IMG/VR virus record: IMGVR_UViG_3300008262_000047
Strand: one strand, 5' to 3'
Origin: a virus
DNA length: 64,000 bases
The translations under genes were made by a program, and so were the position numbers. Below are positions 27,887 through 37,502 of this stretch, piece by piece. The notes under the pieces were generated by a model, which saw only the letters and a list, made by a program, of their open reading frames with translations, was not told where the DNA came from and ran no database searches. How positions within the stretch are numbered: position 1 is the first letter of the stretch; every line of letters starts with the position of its first letter.

Positions 27887-28668
27887 AAAAAGTTAGTTTT
27901 GTCTGTACATCATTTAGAAGATATACATGTGTCAATAGAATCATTGCGCAGTTTAATGCACAAACATACCCAAACAAAGAACTGATTATCCTAAATACAG
28001 ATATGGAATATCCTATGTCATTGGGATTTTCTGATGACCGTATTGTATTAATAAACAATAACACTGATATGCAAACAGGTCTTCCGTATACTAATCGAGG
28101 ACAAATTTGTCGTGATGCAGTAATCTACGCCACAGGTGATTATTTCATGTTGGCTGATGATGACGACATTTACCTACCTTGGCATATTCAACAAGCTGTA
28201 GATAAAATAGAAGAAGTGGGTACAGATGCATGGAAACCTCAAAAAAGTTTCTTTGCCACTCAACATAAATTAGAACTTACACAAAATACATTGGAAGCAA
28301 GTGTTATTGTGAAAATGCCTCGGATTCGACAAATTGGATTTCGCTCAGACATCACAGGATATGAGGGATTGAGTTGGTATACTAAATTACGCGATGAAAA
28401 ACAATTAGATGAACATTACACACACTACGTTCCCTCATATTGTTTCAATTGGTCAGACCCACATGAAATAGCAGGACATAAACAAAGTGGAAATATTAAT
28501 GACCCCAATAATTTTGAACAACATAAAGCAGCATCACAAGATTATGCAAAAGAACCTTTACGTAATGACATGAACCTCACCGACGTATATGAAAAATATT
28601 ACGTCTTTTTACGAAATAATAGTGAACTATTTCCTAGTGATTTAATCCTTAAATATGTGAAAGAATAA
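27883..28668 (+). CDS. Glycosyltransferase family 2
   Basis: VSFVCTS, QTYPNKELIILN, ATGDYFMLADDDDIYLPWHI. Confidence 0.85.
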   Translation: MKKVSFVCTSFRRYTCVNRIIAQFNAQTYPNKELIILNTDMEYPMSLGFSDDRIVLINNNTDMQTGLPYTNRGQICRDAVIYATGDYFMLADDDDIYLPWHIQQAVDKIEEVGTDAWKPQKSFFATQHKLELTQNTLEASVIVKMPRIRQIGFRSDITGYEGLSWYTKLRDEKQLDEHYTHYVPSYCFNWSDPHEIAGHKQSGNINDPNNFEQHKAASQDYAKEPLRNDMNLTDVYEKYYVFLRNNSELFPSDLILKYVKE

Positions 28669-29336
28669 TGCAACCAAACACATTTCCTGATGTAGCCAAC
28701 ATCATTGATACATCGTCTGTGCCCATTTTAATACTTGTGATATCTGAAGGGTGTGAAAATGGATTAAAACCAGAACAGCAGCAGTTAGAACAAAAGCTAC
28801 AAGAACATCCTACACCTGTGGTATATTACACCATGTGTATCCCAGAACATCTCATGGGATTTCCTCGTGCCCAAACTCCCACATTATACTATTTTCTTCC
28901 GAAAAATCAAACTCCTGTGTTCTGGCGATTTGCCATATTCAATAACACATTGAATGATGATTTAAACATCATCACAAAAATGATGACAGGATTGACATAT
29001 GAACAAGCTCGTTTCACACCTGAAGAACAAGAAACCATTTTAAAGGTTGATTATTTTTTAGAACAGGAGAAGGAAACCCTTCATAAGTTTCCTTCAGTAT
29101 TTCAACAGGCACGGAATCTTGCCAAAGAAATGTGGAAAACAGGAAAAAACGCCGCAAAAGGATTGCCTGTCATTGTTCCTACTGAAGTGGGATTTGAACG
29201 TATGAATATTTGTCAGTCATGTGACAAGTTGGAAAAAGATGCATTTCGCTGTACTGAGTGTGGTTGTTTCATGAAAACCAAGACTCAACTCGCCTCAGCG
29301 TCATGTCCATTAAATAAATGGGCACCGCATGTATAA
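28668..29336 (+). CDS. Hypothetical protein: possible thioredoxin-like N-terminus plus a Cys-rich C-terminal domain
   Basis: C-terminal RMNICQSC...CTECGCFMKTKT...CPLNKW; N-terminal TPTLYYF. Confidence 0.55.
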   Translation: MQPNTFPDVANIIDTSSVPILILVISEGCENGLKPEQQQLEQKLQEHPTPVVYYTMCIPEHLMGFPRAQTPTLYYFLPKNQTPVFWRFAIFNNTLNDDLNIITKMMTGLTYEQARFTPEEQETILKVDYFLEQEKETLHKFPSVFQQARNLAKEMWKTGKNAAKGLPVIVPTEVGFERMNICQSCDKLEKDAFRCTECGCFMKTKTQLASASCPLNKWAPHV

Positions 29337-29339
29337 ATA
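29332..29339 (+). promoter_or_regulatory. Late promoter TATAAATA
   Basis: Exact motif upstream of 29368. Confidence 0.7.
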
Positions 29340-29367
29340 CTATAGAACGATTAATTAGGATTTCTCA

Positions 29368-29781
29368 ATGGCAACGTTAACATTACGAACAGTTAAAGGA
29401 TCAACATTAACACATCAAGAACTTGATGACAATCTCTCAAACTTGAATAGTTTCAAGGTTGAAGGTCGTGCAGGAACGTTAACAACAACAAGTACGTCAT
29501 TAAATCAACTATTGGATTCTGTTGCAGCATCTTCTGTTAGAACATTGCGATACATTGTTCAAGTTGCCAACACAACTACGAGTGAGTTTCATGCCACATC
29601 TCTCATGATTATTCATGATGGAACCACTGTGTATTTAACTGAATATGGCACTGTATTGACAGGAAACTCTTTGGCAACATTTGATGCTGATATTAATAGT
29701 GGAAATCTTCGTATTTTAGTTACGCCTACAAATGCATCATCAACGGTGTTTCGTTTTTCTGCTATGACAATTCAGGCATAA
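29368..29781 (+). CDS. Short fibre/structural protein
   Basis: N-terminus shared with 23413 (MATLTLR..KG..LT..E.D.N); C-terminal domain shared with 32732. Confidence 0.7.
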   Translation: MATLTLRTVKGSTLTHQELDDNLSNLNSFKVEGRAGTLTTTSTSLNQLLDSVAASSVRTLRYIVQVANTTTSEFHATSLMIIHDGTTVYLTEYGTVLTGNSLATFDADINSGNLRILVTPTNASSTVFRFSAMTIQA

Positions 29782-29791
29782 TTTCAAAAAC

Positions 29792-29799
29792 TATAAATA
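29792..29799 (+). promoter_or_regulatory. Late promoter TATAAATA
   Basis: Exact motif upstream of 29808. Confidence 0.65.
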
Positions 29800-29807
29800 T
29801 TCAACAT

Positions 29808-30140
29808 ATGGCAACTGCTCGTAATTTAGTTATTGACCAAGGTAGTACATATTCAATTTCCATTGAACTGTCTGACGCCTTGGGCAATCCTTTAGATTTA
29901 ACTGATTATACCATTCGTGCTCAAATGCGTAAAAGTTATGGGTCGAATACGTATACTCAATTCACAACTTCTGCAGGTGATGAACCTGAGAATGGGGTGA
30001 TTACATTATCATTAACATCAACTCAAACAGGAGCATTACGTTTTGGTCGATATGTCTATGATATTGAAATTGAAAATGATGATGTAATTACCAGAGTTCT
30101 TGAAGGGATAGTAACCGTAACACCCGAGGTCACACGATAA
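29808..30140 (+). CDS. Virion structural protein (Ig-like adaptor)
   Basis: NLVIDQG, AQMRKSY, GRYVYDIEI, TRVLEGIVTVTPEVTR. Confidence 0.7.
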   Translation: MATARNLVIDQGSTYSISIELSDALGNPLDLTDYTIRAQMRKSYGSNTYTQFTTSAGDEPENGVITLSLTSTQTGALRFGRYVYDIEIENDDVITRVLEGIVTVTPEVTR

Positions 30141-30352
30141 TGGCACTCAAAGTACAAGTATCAACACCTCAAAGAATTAATACAAATGTAAAAAAGGTTT
30201 CGTTACCTCTAGTTAATTTAGAAGAATTGAAGAACGTGAATAAAGATAATTTAGAAGATGGCGCCACTTTGATATGGAATGAAACGGAACAACGTTGGGA
30301 TGCACAGCAAATTCAAGCATCAGCAACGAATATAGATGGCGGAACATATTAA
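30140..30352 (+). CDS. Small structural protein ending IDGGTY
   Basis: Coupled ORF; LEDGATLIWN...IDGGTY. Confidence 0.65.
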   Translation: MALKVQVSTPQRINTNVKKVSLPLVNLEELKNVNKDNLEDGATLIWNETEQRWDAQQIQASATNIDGGTY

Positions 30353-30373
30353 AAAACCCACAGGAGATTTTCC

Positions 30374-32155
30374 ATGTCAACAGTAATTCAAATTAAGCGT
30401 TCTTCAGGATCAACAGCACCAGCAACATCTGCCTTAGCAGAAGGCGAATTAGCGTATAGTCAAGACCGCTCCAACAGCGGCGCCGGCGCTATTCTCTACA
30501 TCGAATCTGTAGGTTCAGACGGTACTACCCAAGTTATTGATAAAGTAGGTGGTAAATACTACACCAACACAGTTGATGCCTTCTTAGTTCCTGCCACAGG
30601 AACAGTGGGCGCAAAGGTGGAATTAAAGGATGCCGATGCTACACATTCTGTCACATTAAAGGCACCTAACACAGTTGCAGCCAACGTTACATACACATTA
30701 CCTTCAACATTCAGTGCAGACCAATATTTAAAGACTGACGGTTCAGGTAATCTTTCATTTGCTGCCGTTCCATCAGGATCCTTCACAATTGCAGGTGACA
30801 CAGGTACTGACAATTTCACAACAGGTGAAACATTAACATTCACCGGTGGCGAAGGTATTGATACATCAATTACCGATAACGTAGTAACAATTTCAGCAGA
30901 AGATGCATCTGATACCAACAAGGGTATTGCATCATTCAACAGTACCAACTTCACAGTATCATCAGGTAACGTTGTTATCAACTCAGTACAAGCCACAAAG
31001 GTTGATATTGCAGGCGGCACATCATTAACATCATTGGCTGATTCAGATGAATTCTTGGTCTATGATGCCTCAGCAGAAGCAAATCGTCGCATCACAGCAG
31101 AAAACGTTGCAGATTACATCTATGCCGGATTGTCAGGTGATATCAGTGTAACTGAAGCAGGTGTAGTTTCTATTGCCGCTAACTCAGTAGCACTAGGTAC
31201 AGACACAACAGGTAACTATGTTGCTACTGTTGCGGGTACAGCAAATCAAATTTCCATCACTGGCTCAGGCTCAGAAACGGCTGCTGTTACAGTTGCATTA
31301 ACTGAAGATGTGGCATTGGTAGGTGATTTGACAGTTGGTGGTAACGACATCAAGATGAGTGGTGGCACAACAGCCATTACATTCTCAGGCTCAGGTGACG
31401 TTGCAGTAGCAGGTGATTTAACTGTTACAGGTAATGACATCAAGTCCTCATCAGCCACAGCACTTACTCTTTCAGGTGCTGATGTCGCAGTTGCAGGTGA
31501 TTTGACAGTTACAGGTAACGATATCAAATCCTCATCAGCAACAGCACTCACATTGTCAGGCGCCAATGTTGAAGTTAAGGGTGATTTACAAGTTACAGGT
31601 AACGATATCAAGTCATCAACAGGCGCAACTGCCTTGACACTTGATGGCGCCAACGTAACTGTGGCAGGTAACTTAACAGTTAACGGTTCATCAACAATTG
31701 TAAACTCAACAACTGTAACAATTGATGACGTACTCTTGAAGTTGGCTGATAACAACACAGGTAACTCAGTTGACTCAGGTGTCTATGCTGAATATGTTGA
31801 ATCATCAACAACGAAGTATGCTGGTTTCTTCCGCGATGCGTCTGATAACAACATCTTCAAGTTCTTCAAAGGATTAGAATCAGAACCATCAACAACTGTT
31901 AACGTAAGTGGTACAGGTTACTCAGTTGGTACAATCTTAGCCAACTTGACAGGCGGTACTGTTTCAAGTCTAGCTTCAGCAATCGGTGTTGCAGATGGTG
32001 GTACAGGTGCTTCAACATTGACAAGTAACGGTGTATTGTATGGTAATGGCACAGGCGCCATTCAAGCAACAGCAGCAGGCACAAACAATTACTTCTTGAA
32101 GTCAAACAATGGCACACCAAGTTGGTCAAATGTCATTGATGGTGGTACTTACTAA
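30374..32155 (+). CDS. Tail fibre protein with internal repeats
   Basis: IQIKRS...LAEGELAY N-terminus; repeated GDLTVTGNDIKSS units; C-terminal IDGGTY. Confidence 0.8.
   Translation: MSTVIQIKRSSGSTAPATSALAEGELAYSQDRSNSGAGAILYIESVGSDGTTQVIDKVGGKYYTNTVDAFLVPATGTVGAKVELKDADATHSVTLKAPNTVAANVTYTLPSTFSADQYLKTDGSGNLSFAAVPSGSFTIAGDTGTDNFTTGETLTFTGGEGIDTSITDNVVTISAEDASDTNKGIASFNSTNFTVSSGNVVINSVQATKVDIAGGTSLTSLADSDEFLVYDASAEANRRITAENVADYIYAGLSGDISVTEAGVVSIAANSVALGTDTTGNYVATVAGTANQISITGSGSETAAVTVALTEDVALVGDLTVGGNDIKMSGGTTAITFSGSGDVAVAGDLTVTGNDIKSSSATALTLSGADVAVAGDLTVTGNDIKSSSATALTLSGANVEVKGDLQVTGNDIKSSTGATALTLDGANVTVAGNLTVNGSSTIVNSTTVTIDDVLLKLADNNTGNSVDSGVYAEYVESSTTKYAGFFRDASDNNIFKFFKGLESEPSTTVNVSGTGYSVGTILANLTGGTVSSLASAIGVADGGTGASTLTSNGVLYGNGTGAIQATAAGTNNYFLKSNNGTPSWSNVIDGGTY
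31310..31690 (+). repeat. Four ~20-codon GDLTVxGNDIK repeats in the fibre shaft
   Basis: Visible in the translation and in DNA (ggtga(t)ttnacagttacaggtaacgatatcaa). Confidence 0.8.
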
Positions 32156-32176
32156 TAATCTGAATAGAGACTCGTT

Positions 32177-32359
32177 ATGGACACACAAAAACTTTTAAAC
32201 AAGTACATCGCCTCTTTGGGTGAACAAGTCAAACAGTTAACAATGGAAAAAACAATGTTATCTGCCCAACTTGCTCTCACCCAAGAGGAGTTGGAAGAAA
32301 TGAAAAAGAAGTTAGATACTTCCCCGGCATCTGAAGAAAATAGTCAATGGCAACAATAA
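32177..32359 (+). CDS. Small coiled-coil protein
   Basis: Heptad pattern; position in the operon. Confidence 0.6.
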   Translation: MDTQKLLNKYIASLGEQVKQLTMEKTMLSAQLALTQEELEEMKKKLDTSPASEENSQWQQ

Positions 32360-32700
32360 TTAAACTTAAAAGAAGCGAGTTAGCATTAGCTATACCAACC
32401 GTCAATGATTTGGCGGTTGGTGAACTTGCTATAAATTCAATTGATAAAATCTTTTATATTAGAAAATCAAATGATGAAATTGTACCTGTTGCCAATTACG
32501 TTGATATTGATCCAAGTGAAATTGACACCCGTTTAGATGCTGTTGAAACTGCTTTGTTAGGCTCAGTGTTCCCGTCAGGAGATTACGGGGATTTAGATGC
32601 TTTAACTGTAGATGCGTTTGGCGTCTTAGTGAGTAGATCCTATGATTGTTTAACGACACCGGCAGGATCTTTGTTAGAAACAGATTTAGAAAGTCTTTAA
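32347..32700 (+). CDS. Short fibre-associated protein
   Basis: IKLKRS...LAVGELAIN N-terminus like 30374. Confidence 0.65.
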   Translation: MATIIKLKRSELALAIPTVNDLAVGELAINSIDKIFYIRKSNDEIVPVANYVDIDPSEIDTRLDAVETALLGSVFPSGDYGDLDALTVDAFGVLVSRSYDCLTTPAGSLLETDLESL

Positions 32701-32731
32701 TATAAAATATAGAGATACAGGAGATTTATAG

Positions 32732-33451
32732 ATGCCAACACAGGTGCAGTTTCGTAGAGGAACAACAACACAAAATAATAATTTCACCGGCGCTGCGGGT
32801 GAAATTTCGGTAGACACAACTCTTAAAACTCTACGTGTTCATGATGGCACCACCCAAGGTGGGTTTTCTTTGGCAAAATCTGATTTGTCTAATACAACAG
32901 CCATTACACCTACAAGTGTGTCTACATTAACAAACAAAACTGTTACGTTAGGTAATAACACAATAACAGGGACTATTGCAGAATTTAATACCGCGTTAAC
33001 TGACAGCGATTTTGCCACGTTAGCGGGCACAGAAACATTAACAAACAAGACGCTAACAAGTCCTACGCTAACAAGTCCTACACTGACAACACCTACGTTG
33101 GGTGTGGCATCAGCAACATCGGTTGCATTGGCTAACGGTATTCTTCGTTCAGCTACACTGACAACCTCCGCCACAACAGCAAATCAAGTAGCGGATAGTA
33201 TTGCAATTGCAACGTATAGAAGTGTGAAATATCAAATTTCCATCACATCAGGTTCTGCATATCATATGACTGAAGTAAGTATCATCCACGATGGAACTGA
33301 TGCATACATCACTGAATATGGTACTATTTTGACAGGGGTATCATTGGCGTCATTTGATGCAGATATCTCAGGGGGCAATCTTCGTCTGTTGACAACACCT
33401 GCAAATGCCTCAACGGTGTATAAGATTGTAGCAACAGCAATCAATGTCTAA
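32732..33451 (+). CDS. Fibre protein with an Mtd/hyaluronidase-type N-terminal domain
   Basis: QVQFRRGTT...FTGAAGEISVDT...VHDG; TLTNKTLTSP repeats. Confidence 0.75.
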   Translation: MPTQVQFRRGTTTQNNNFTGAAGEISVDTTLKTLRVHDGTTQGGFSLAKSDLSNTTAITPTSVSTLTNKTVTLGNNTITGTIAEFNTALTDSDFATLAGTETLTNKTLTSPTLTSPTLTTPTLGVASATSVALANGILRSATLTTSATTANQVADSIAIATYRSVKYQISITSGSAYHMTEVSIIHDGTDAYITEYGTILTGVSLASFDADISGGNLRLLTTPANASTVYKIVATAINV

Positions 33452-34314
33452 TGGCTATCCAATCATCAGGTGCCGTTTCTCTAGGGAACATTAACCAAGA
33501 ATTGGGGCGAAGCCTTACTGCCAGTATAGGATTACGTTTGGCAGAAATAGGCTCATATGTAACAATAAATACCGGTTCAACATCTAGACCAAATGGTCAA
33601 GCACCCCACACAATGTCAGAATGGCGGGGGTATAACCATACAGCCTCAGTGGGTCCCACTATAACCAATGCGGTAACATATGATAGTGGGGCAGGTAACA
33701 ACTATGTTTACTCACTATCTTTTTCCATACCGAGTTCAGGCCCCTATTATATACAGGTGCAAAATATTACAACAGGTAGTTATTCCGGATTATATGGATT
33801 CAGTGGTACAACAGGTACGGTAAACGCTAGTACAGAGGTAGCCTGCCAGAATGTATCTTTTCGTATGCGATTATACAATTATAACACAGGACAATATTTA
33901 CCTTTTGGGCCCACATATACACTTTATGCCCCACCACCTCAATACGGGGAATATTTGTCAACTGCATATTGTAGTGGATATACTCTGTATGGAAATTTTG
34001 CTAATGGGAATTGTGGTTCATATGTAGATGTTGCTGAATATGATTCTCCCACATGTGGTTATACTGGAGGTGGTGGCGGTTCTTGTGGGGGAAACCACAC
34101 CGGTAGTGCATGTTGTAGTGCAAATGGCACGGGATTCTGGGCATTTAATAGTGATTGTGGTGATAGTTCGAGAGTTGATTTATATTATGACTCAAATGCA
34201 TGTTACTATACTGGAGATGGTAGTTGTGTATCCCACACAGGAACATATAATAATGGAGTATATATCTATTATATGACGAATGGGTGTTTAAGTTATTTTG
34301 TTGGTTCCTGCTAA
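33451..34314 (+). CDS. Cys/Gly/Tyr-rich candidate fibre-tip adhesin
   Basis: N-terminus MAIQSSGAVSLGNINQELG...PHTMSEWRGYNH is paralogous to 24385; 12 Cys. Confidence 0.7.
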   Translation: MAIQSSGAVSLGNINQELGRSLTASIGLRLAEIGSYVTINTGSTSRPNGQAPHTMSEWRGYNHTASVGPTITNAVTYDSGAGNNYVYSLSFSIPSSGPYYIQVQNITTGSYSGLYGFSGTTGTVNASTEVACQNVSFRMRLYNYNTGQYLPFGPTYTLYAPPPQYGEYLSTAYCSGYTLYGNFANGNCGSYVDVAEYDSPTCGYTGGGGGSCGGNHTGSACCSANGTGFWAFNSDCGDSSRVDLYYDSNACYYTGDGSCVSHTGTYNNGVYIYYMTNGCLSYFVGSC

Positions 34315-34325
34315 CTTTTATTATC

Positions 34326-34829
34326 ATGCCTAAAACAATAAGTAATTTTCTTACACAGTCTGAACGTCTAGACTGTCTCGCAGAATCATTAGAAATTTCA
34401 GAATACATTATTCTGAACTCTACCATAGATATGGCTATGTGTATAAAGTATAGACATCATGTAACTGAATATTTCAACAATGAAAATCTACAAATTGCAG
34501 GAACAATCAAAATATCACACCAATCCACTAAGATAAATCTTAACGATATCATACAGAATAATGTGTTTCCTATTACACCCACTCACATGGCTGTAGTATC
34601 ATTGGCCGCGCTTTCTCCGCAGGACAGAGTTATGCATATTCGTCAAGGGGATGAGTTTATTATGGAACCATTTCCTTTAGAACTTGACCAGGGGTGCGTA
34701 CACGCACTTCAAAATCATACACATCTAGTCATCCCCACAAAATATTGGATAGACAATAGTGATGTAACACTATCAGCCGATAGCTGTGTGAGATTGTATC
34801 TACTATATGGTAATATAAATACACAGTAA
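34326..34829 (+). CDS. Hypothetical protein
   Basis: ORF filling the gap; start moved to ATG 34326 to avoid overlap. Confidence 0.55.
   Translation: MPKTISNFLTQSERLDCLAESLEISEYIILNSTIDMAMCIKYRHHVTEYFNNENLQIAGTIKISHQSTKINLNDIIQNNVFPITPTHMAVVSLAALSPQDRVMHIRQGDEFIMEPFPLELDQGCVHALQNHTHLVIPTKYWIDNSDVTLSADSCVRLYLLYGNINTQ
34814..34821 (+). promoter_or_regulatory. Late promoter TATAAATA
   Basis: Exact motif upstream of the GAGG RBS of 34854. Confidence 0.7.
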
Positions 34830-34853
34830 CCCTGCCACCGAGGATAGAGAATC

Positions 34854-37283
34854 ATGGCAACCACAAAACGTTTTGTCGCAAAAAATGGATTAGATAACAA
34901 CGCTCAAAGTATTACAAATGTAGGTGTTGCAGGAGCAACTCTTACAATGTCAAACGCCCACAGTTTGACATTAACAACATCAGGAAATTCAACATTAACA
35001 GTTCCCTCAGGATCAGCCACATTACTTTCTAGTGGTGGTGCATTGGGAACTCCCAGTTCAGGCACATTAACCAACTGCTCAGGACTTCCTGTATCAACAG
35101 GTATTTCAGGATTGGGCACAGGTGTTGCCACATTCTTAGCAACACCATCAAGTGCCAACCTATTAGCGGCTGTCACAGATGAAACAGGCACAGGCGCATT
35201 GGTGTTTGCCAATACCCCAACACTTGTCACACCCACGTTAGGTGTGGCAACAGCAACTAGTGTCAACAAAGTTGCCATCACAGCTCCCGCGACATCAGCA
35301 ACATTAACCATTGCTGATGGCAAGACATTAACAGCAAGTAACACATTGACACTTACAGGTACCGATTCAAGTTCTGTGGCATTTGGCGCAGGCGGTACCG
35401 TGGCATATACATCAAATAATCTCAGTGCATTTGCCTCAACATCATCGTCTGAATTGGCAGGAGTACTTTCAGACGAGACAGGTACAGGCGCCTTGGTATT
35501 TGCCAATACCCCAACACTTGTTACACCTGTTCTTGGTACACCTACGTCAGGTACTTTATCAAACTGTACCGGTCTTCCTGTATCAACAGGTATTTCTGGA
35601 TTGGGTACAGGTGTTGCCACATTCTTAGCAACACCAACAAGCGCAAATCTTCTTGCAGCAGTCACAGATGAAACAGGCACAGGTACTTTAGTATTCTCTG
35701 CTAGCCCTACATTCACAGGAACCGTTAGCGCCGCTAATTTGACATTGAGTGGCGATTTAACTGTGAACGGTACAACTACTACAATTAATTCAACAACAAT
35801 TTCTGTTGACGATAAGAATATTGAATTAGGTGCTGTTTCATCTCCTTCCAATACAACGGCTGATAATGGTGGTATCACATTAAAAGGTACAACAGACAAA
35901 ACATTTAATTGGGTAAACTCTACAGGTGCCTGGACAAGTTCTGAGCACATTGAAATTGCCTCGGGTAAGAGTTTGTTCCTCAAAGGTTCAACATCAGGAA
36001 CCATCACAGTATCTCCTGCTGCAACAGCAGGCACTAACACTCTTACTATCCCAGCAGTAACAGGTACTGTTGTTACAACAGGTGACACAGGAAGTGTCAC
36101 AAACACCATGTTGGCGGGAAGTATTGCTAATACTAAACTTACTAATAGTACCATCTCAGGTGTGGCGTTAGGTAGTAATTTAAATACATTGACAATTGGT
36201 ACTGGGTTGTCAGGCACAAGTTATAACGGATCCGCAGGTGTCACAATTGCCAATACAGGTGTCACAAGTAACGTGGCAGGTACAGGTATTTCTGTGTCAG
36301 GTGCTACAGGTGCTGTCACTATCACCAACTCAGGTGTAACAAGTGCTGTTGCGGGCACAGGTATTTCTGTGTCAGGCGGCACCGGTGCTGTCACCATCAC
36401 CAACTCAGGTGTAACTGCTGTTAACGGCAGTACAGGTTCTGTCACTGTAGCGGCAACCAATCAAACGATGAACATTGGTACCACGGCCGTTGCCATTAAT
36501 CGAGGTTCGGCAAACTTAGCGTTGACAGGTATTTCAAGTGTGGCAATGCCAGGCTCAACATCAGGTACAGTGACATTACAACCTGCAGCAACAGCAGGCA
36601 CCACAACAATCACATTACCCGCTACAACAGGTACTGTGATTACATCAGGTGATTCAAGTACAGTTACGAATACCATGTTGGCAGGCAGTATTGCCAACGC
36701 TAAGTTGTCTAACAGTTCCGTTACTGTCACAGCGGGCACAGGTATGTCAGGCGGCGGTTCTGTTGCACTTGGTAGTTCAATAACCTTGACAAATGCGGGT
36801 GTCACAGGTATCACTGGAGGAACAGGTGTGTCTGCATCAGCCTCAACAGGCAGCGTAACGGTGTCTATCGGACAAGCAGTAGCAACATCCTCAAACGTAC
36901 AATTCAATAGTATAGGTGTCAATACAGGGGCATCAGGTACAGCAGGTGAAATTCGGGCAACAAACGAAATCACAGCCTATTACTCTGACGCACGACTAAA
37001 GAACTTCCATGGGAAGATTGAAAAGGCAGGTGAAAAGGTAGCGGCATTAAATGGTTACTACTTCACAGAAAATGAACTTGCCAAGTCATTGGGATATAGT
37101 AATGATAAGATGCAAATCGGTGTAAGTGCCCAAGAAGTGCAGGAAGTATTACCTGAAGCTGTGGCATCTGCTCCCATTGATGATAAATATTTGACGGTAA
37201 AGTATGAAAAACTTGTTCCTCTTTTGATTGAAGCTATCAAGGAATTACAAGCTGAAGTTGCTGAATTGAAAAAGCAAAGATAA
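34854..37283 (+). CDS. Long tail fibre with internal duplications and C-terminal S74-like chaperone
   Basis: G/T/S-rich repeats; YSDARLK...GVSAQEV...VKYEKLVPLLIEAIKEL. Confidence 0.85.
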   Translation: MATTKRFVAKNGLDNNAQSITNVGVAGATLTMSNAHSLTLTTSGNSTLTVPSGSATLLSSGGALGTPSSGTLTNCSGLPVSTGISGLGTGVATFLATPSSANLLAAVTDETGTGALVFANTPTLVTPTLGVATATSVNKVAITAPATSATLTIADGKTLTASNTLTLTGTDSSSVAFGAGGTVAYTSNNLSAFASTSSSELAGVLSDETGTGALVFANTPTLVTPVLGTPTSGTLSNCTGLPVSTGISGLGTGVATFLATPTSANLLAAVTDETGTGTLVFSASPTFTGTVSAANLTLSGDLTVNGTTTTINSTTISVDDKNIELGAVSSPSNTTADNGGITLKGTTDKTFNWVNSTGAWTSSEHIEIASGKSLFLKGSTSGTITVSPAATAGTNTLTIPAVTGTVVTTGDTGSVTNTMLAGSIANTKLTNSTISGVALGSNLNTLTIGTGLSGTSYNGSAGVTIANTGVTSNVAGTGISVSGATGAVTITNSGVTSAVAGTGISVSGGTGAVTITNSGVTAVNGSTGSVTVAATNQTMNIGTTAVAINRGSANLALTGISSVAMPGSTSGTVTLQPAATAGTTTITLPATTGTVITSGDSSTVTNTMLAGSIANAKLSNSSVTVTAGTGMSGGGSVALGSSITLTNAGVTGITGGTGVSASASTGSVTVSIGQAVATSSNVQFNSIGVNTGASGTAGEIRATNEITAYYSDARLKNFHGKIEKAGEKVAALNGYYFTENELAKSLGYSNDKMQIGVSAQEVQEVLPEAVASAPIDDKYLTVKYEKLVPLLIEAIKELQAEVAELKKQR

Positions 37284-37295
37284 TAGGAGTACGTC

Positions 37296-37502
37296 ATGGG
37301 GTTACTACCAGCAACTGGTTCCGCTATAACGATGGGCCGTGTGCGTAATGCATACGGCCTATCAGGAGCAGCTCGATTACGTGCTGACTTGGCACAGGCG
37401 GTTAATAACAATCCTGTAGGTACTGCACCAAACATTAATCTATCAGGTCAAGTACGCCTATCTATTGATTTTGGTGGAAGAACCACGCCTTTCAACTACT
37501 AA
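37296..37502 (+). CDS. Minimal fibre-tip cap protein
   Basis: AGGAG RBS; LPATGSAITMGRV...LSIDFGG resembles the N-terminal module of 24385 and 33451. Confidence 0.6.
   Translation: MGLLPATGSAITMGRVRNAYGLSGAARLRADLAQAVNNNPVGTAPNINLSGQVRLSIDFGGRTTPFNY

Noticed and set aside
35030-35700. Duplicated segments in the 809-aa fibre as a DGR template/variable repeat pair
   Set aside because: Both copies are coding and in frame, differences look mostly synonymous rather than adenine-specific, and no reverse transcriptase is present in the window.
34904-36973. Long antisense ORFs (437, 79 and 170 aa) opposite the fibre gene
   Set aside because: Antisense shadows expected from Gly/Thr/Ala-rich codon bias; no RBS or recognisable motif.
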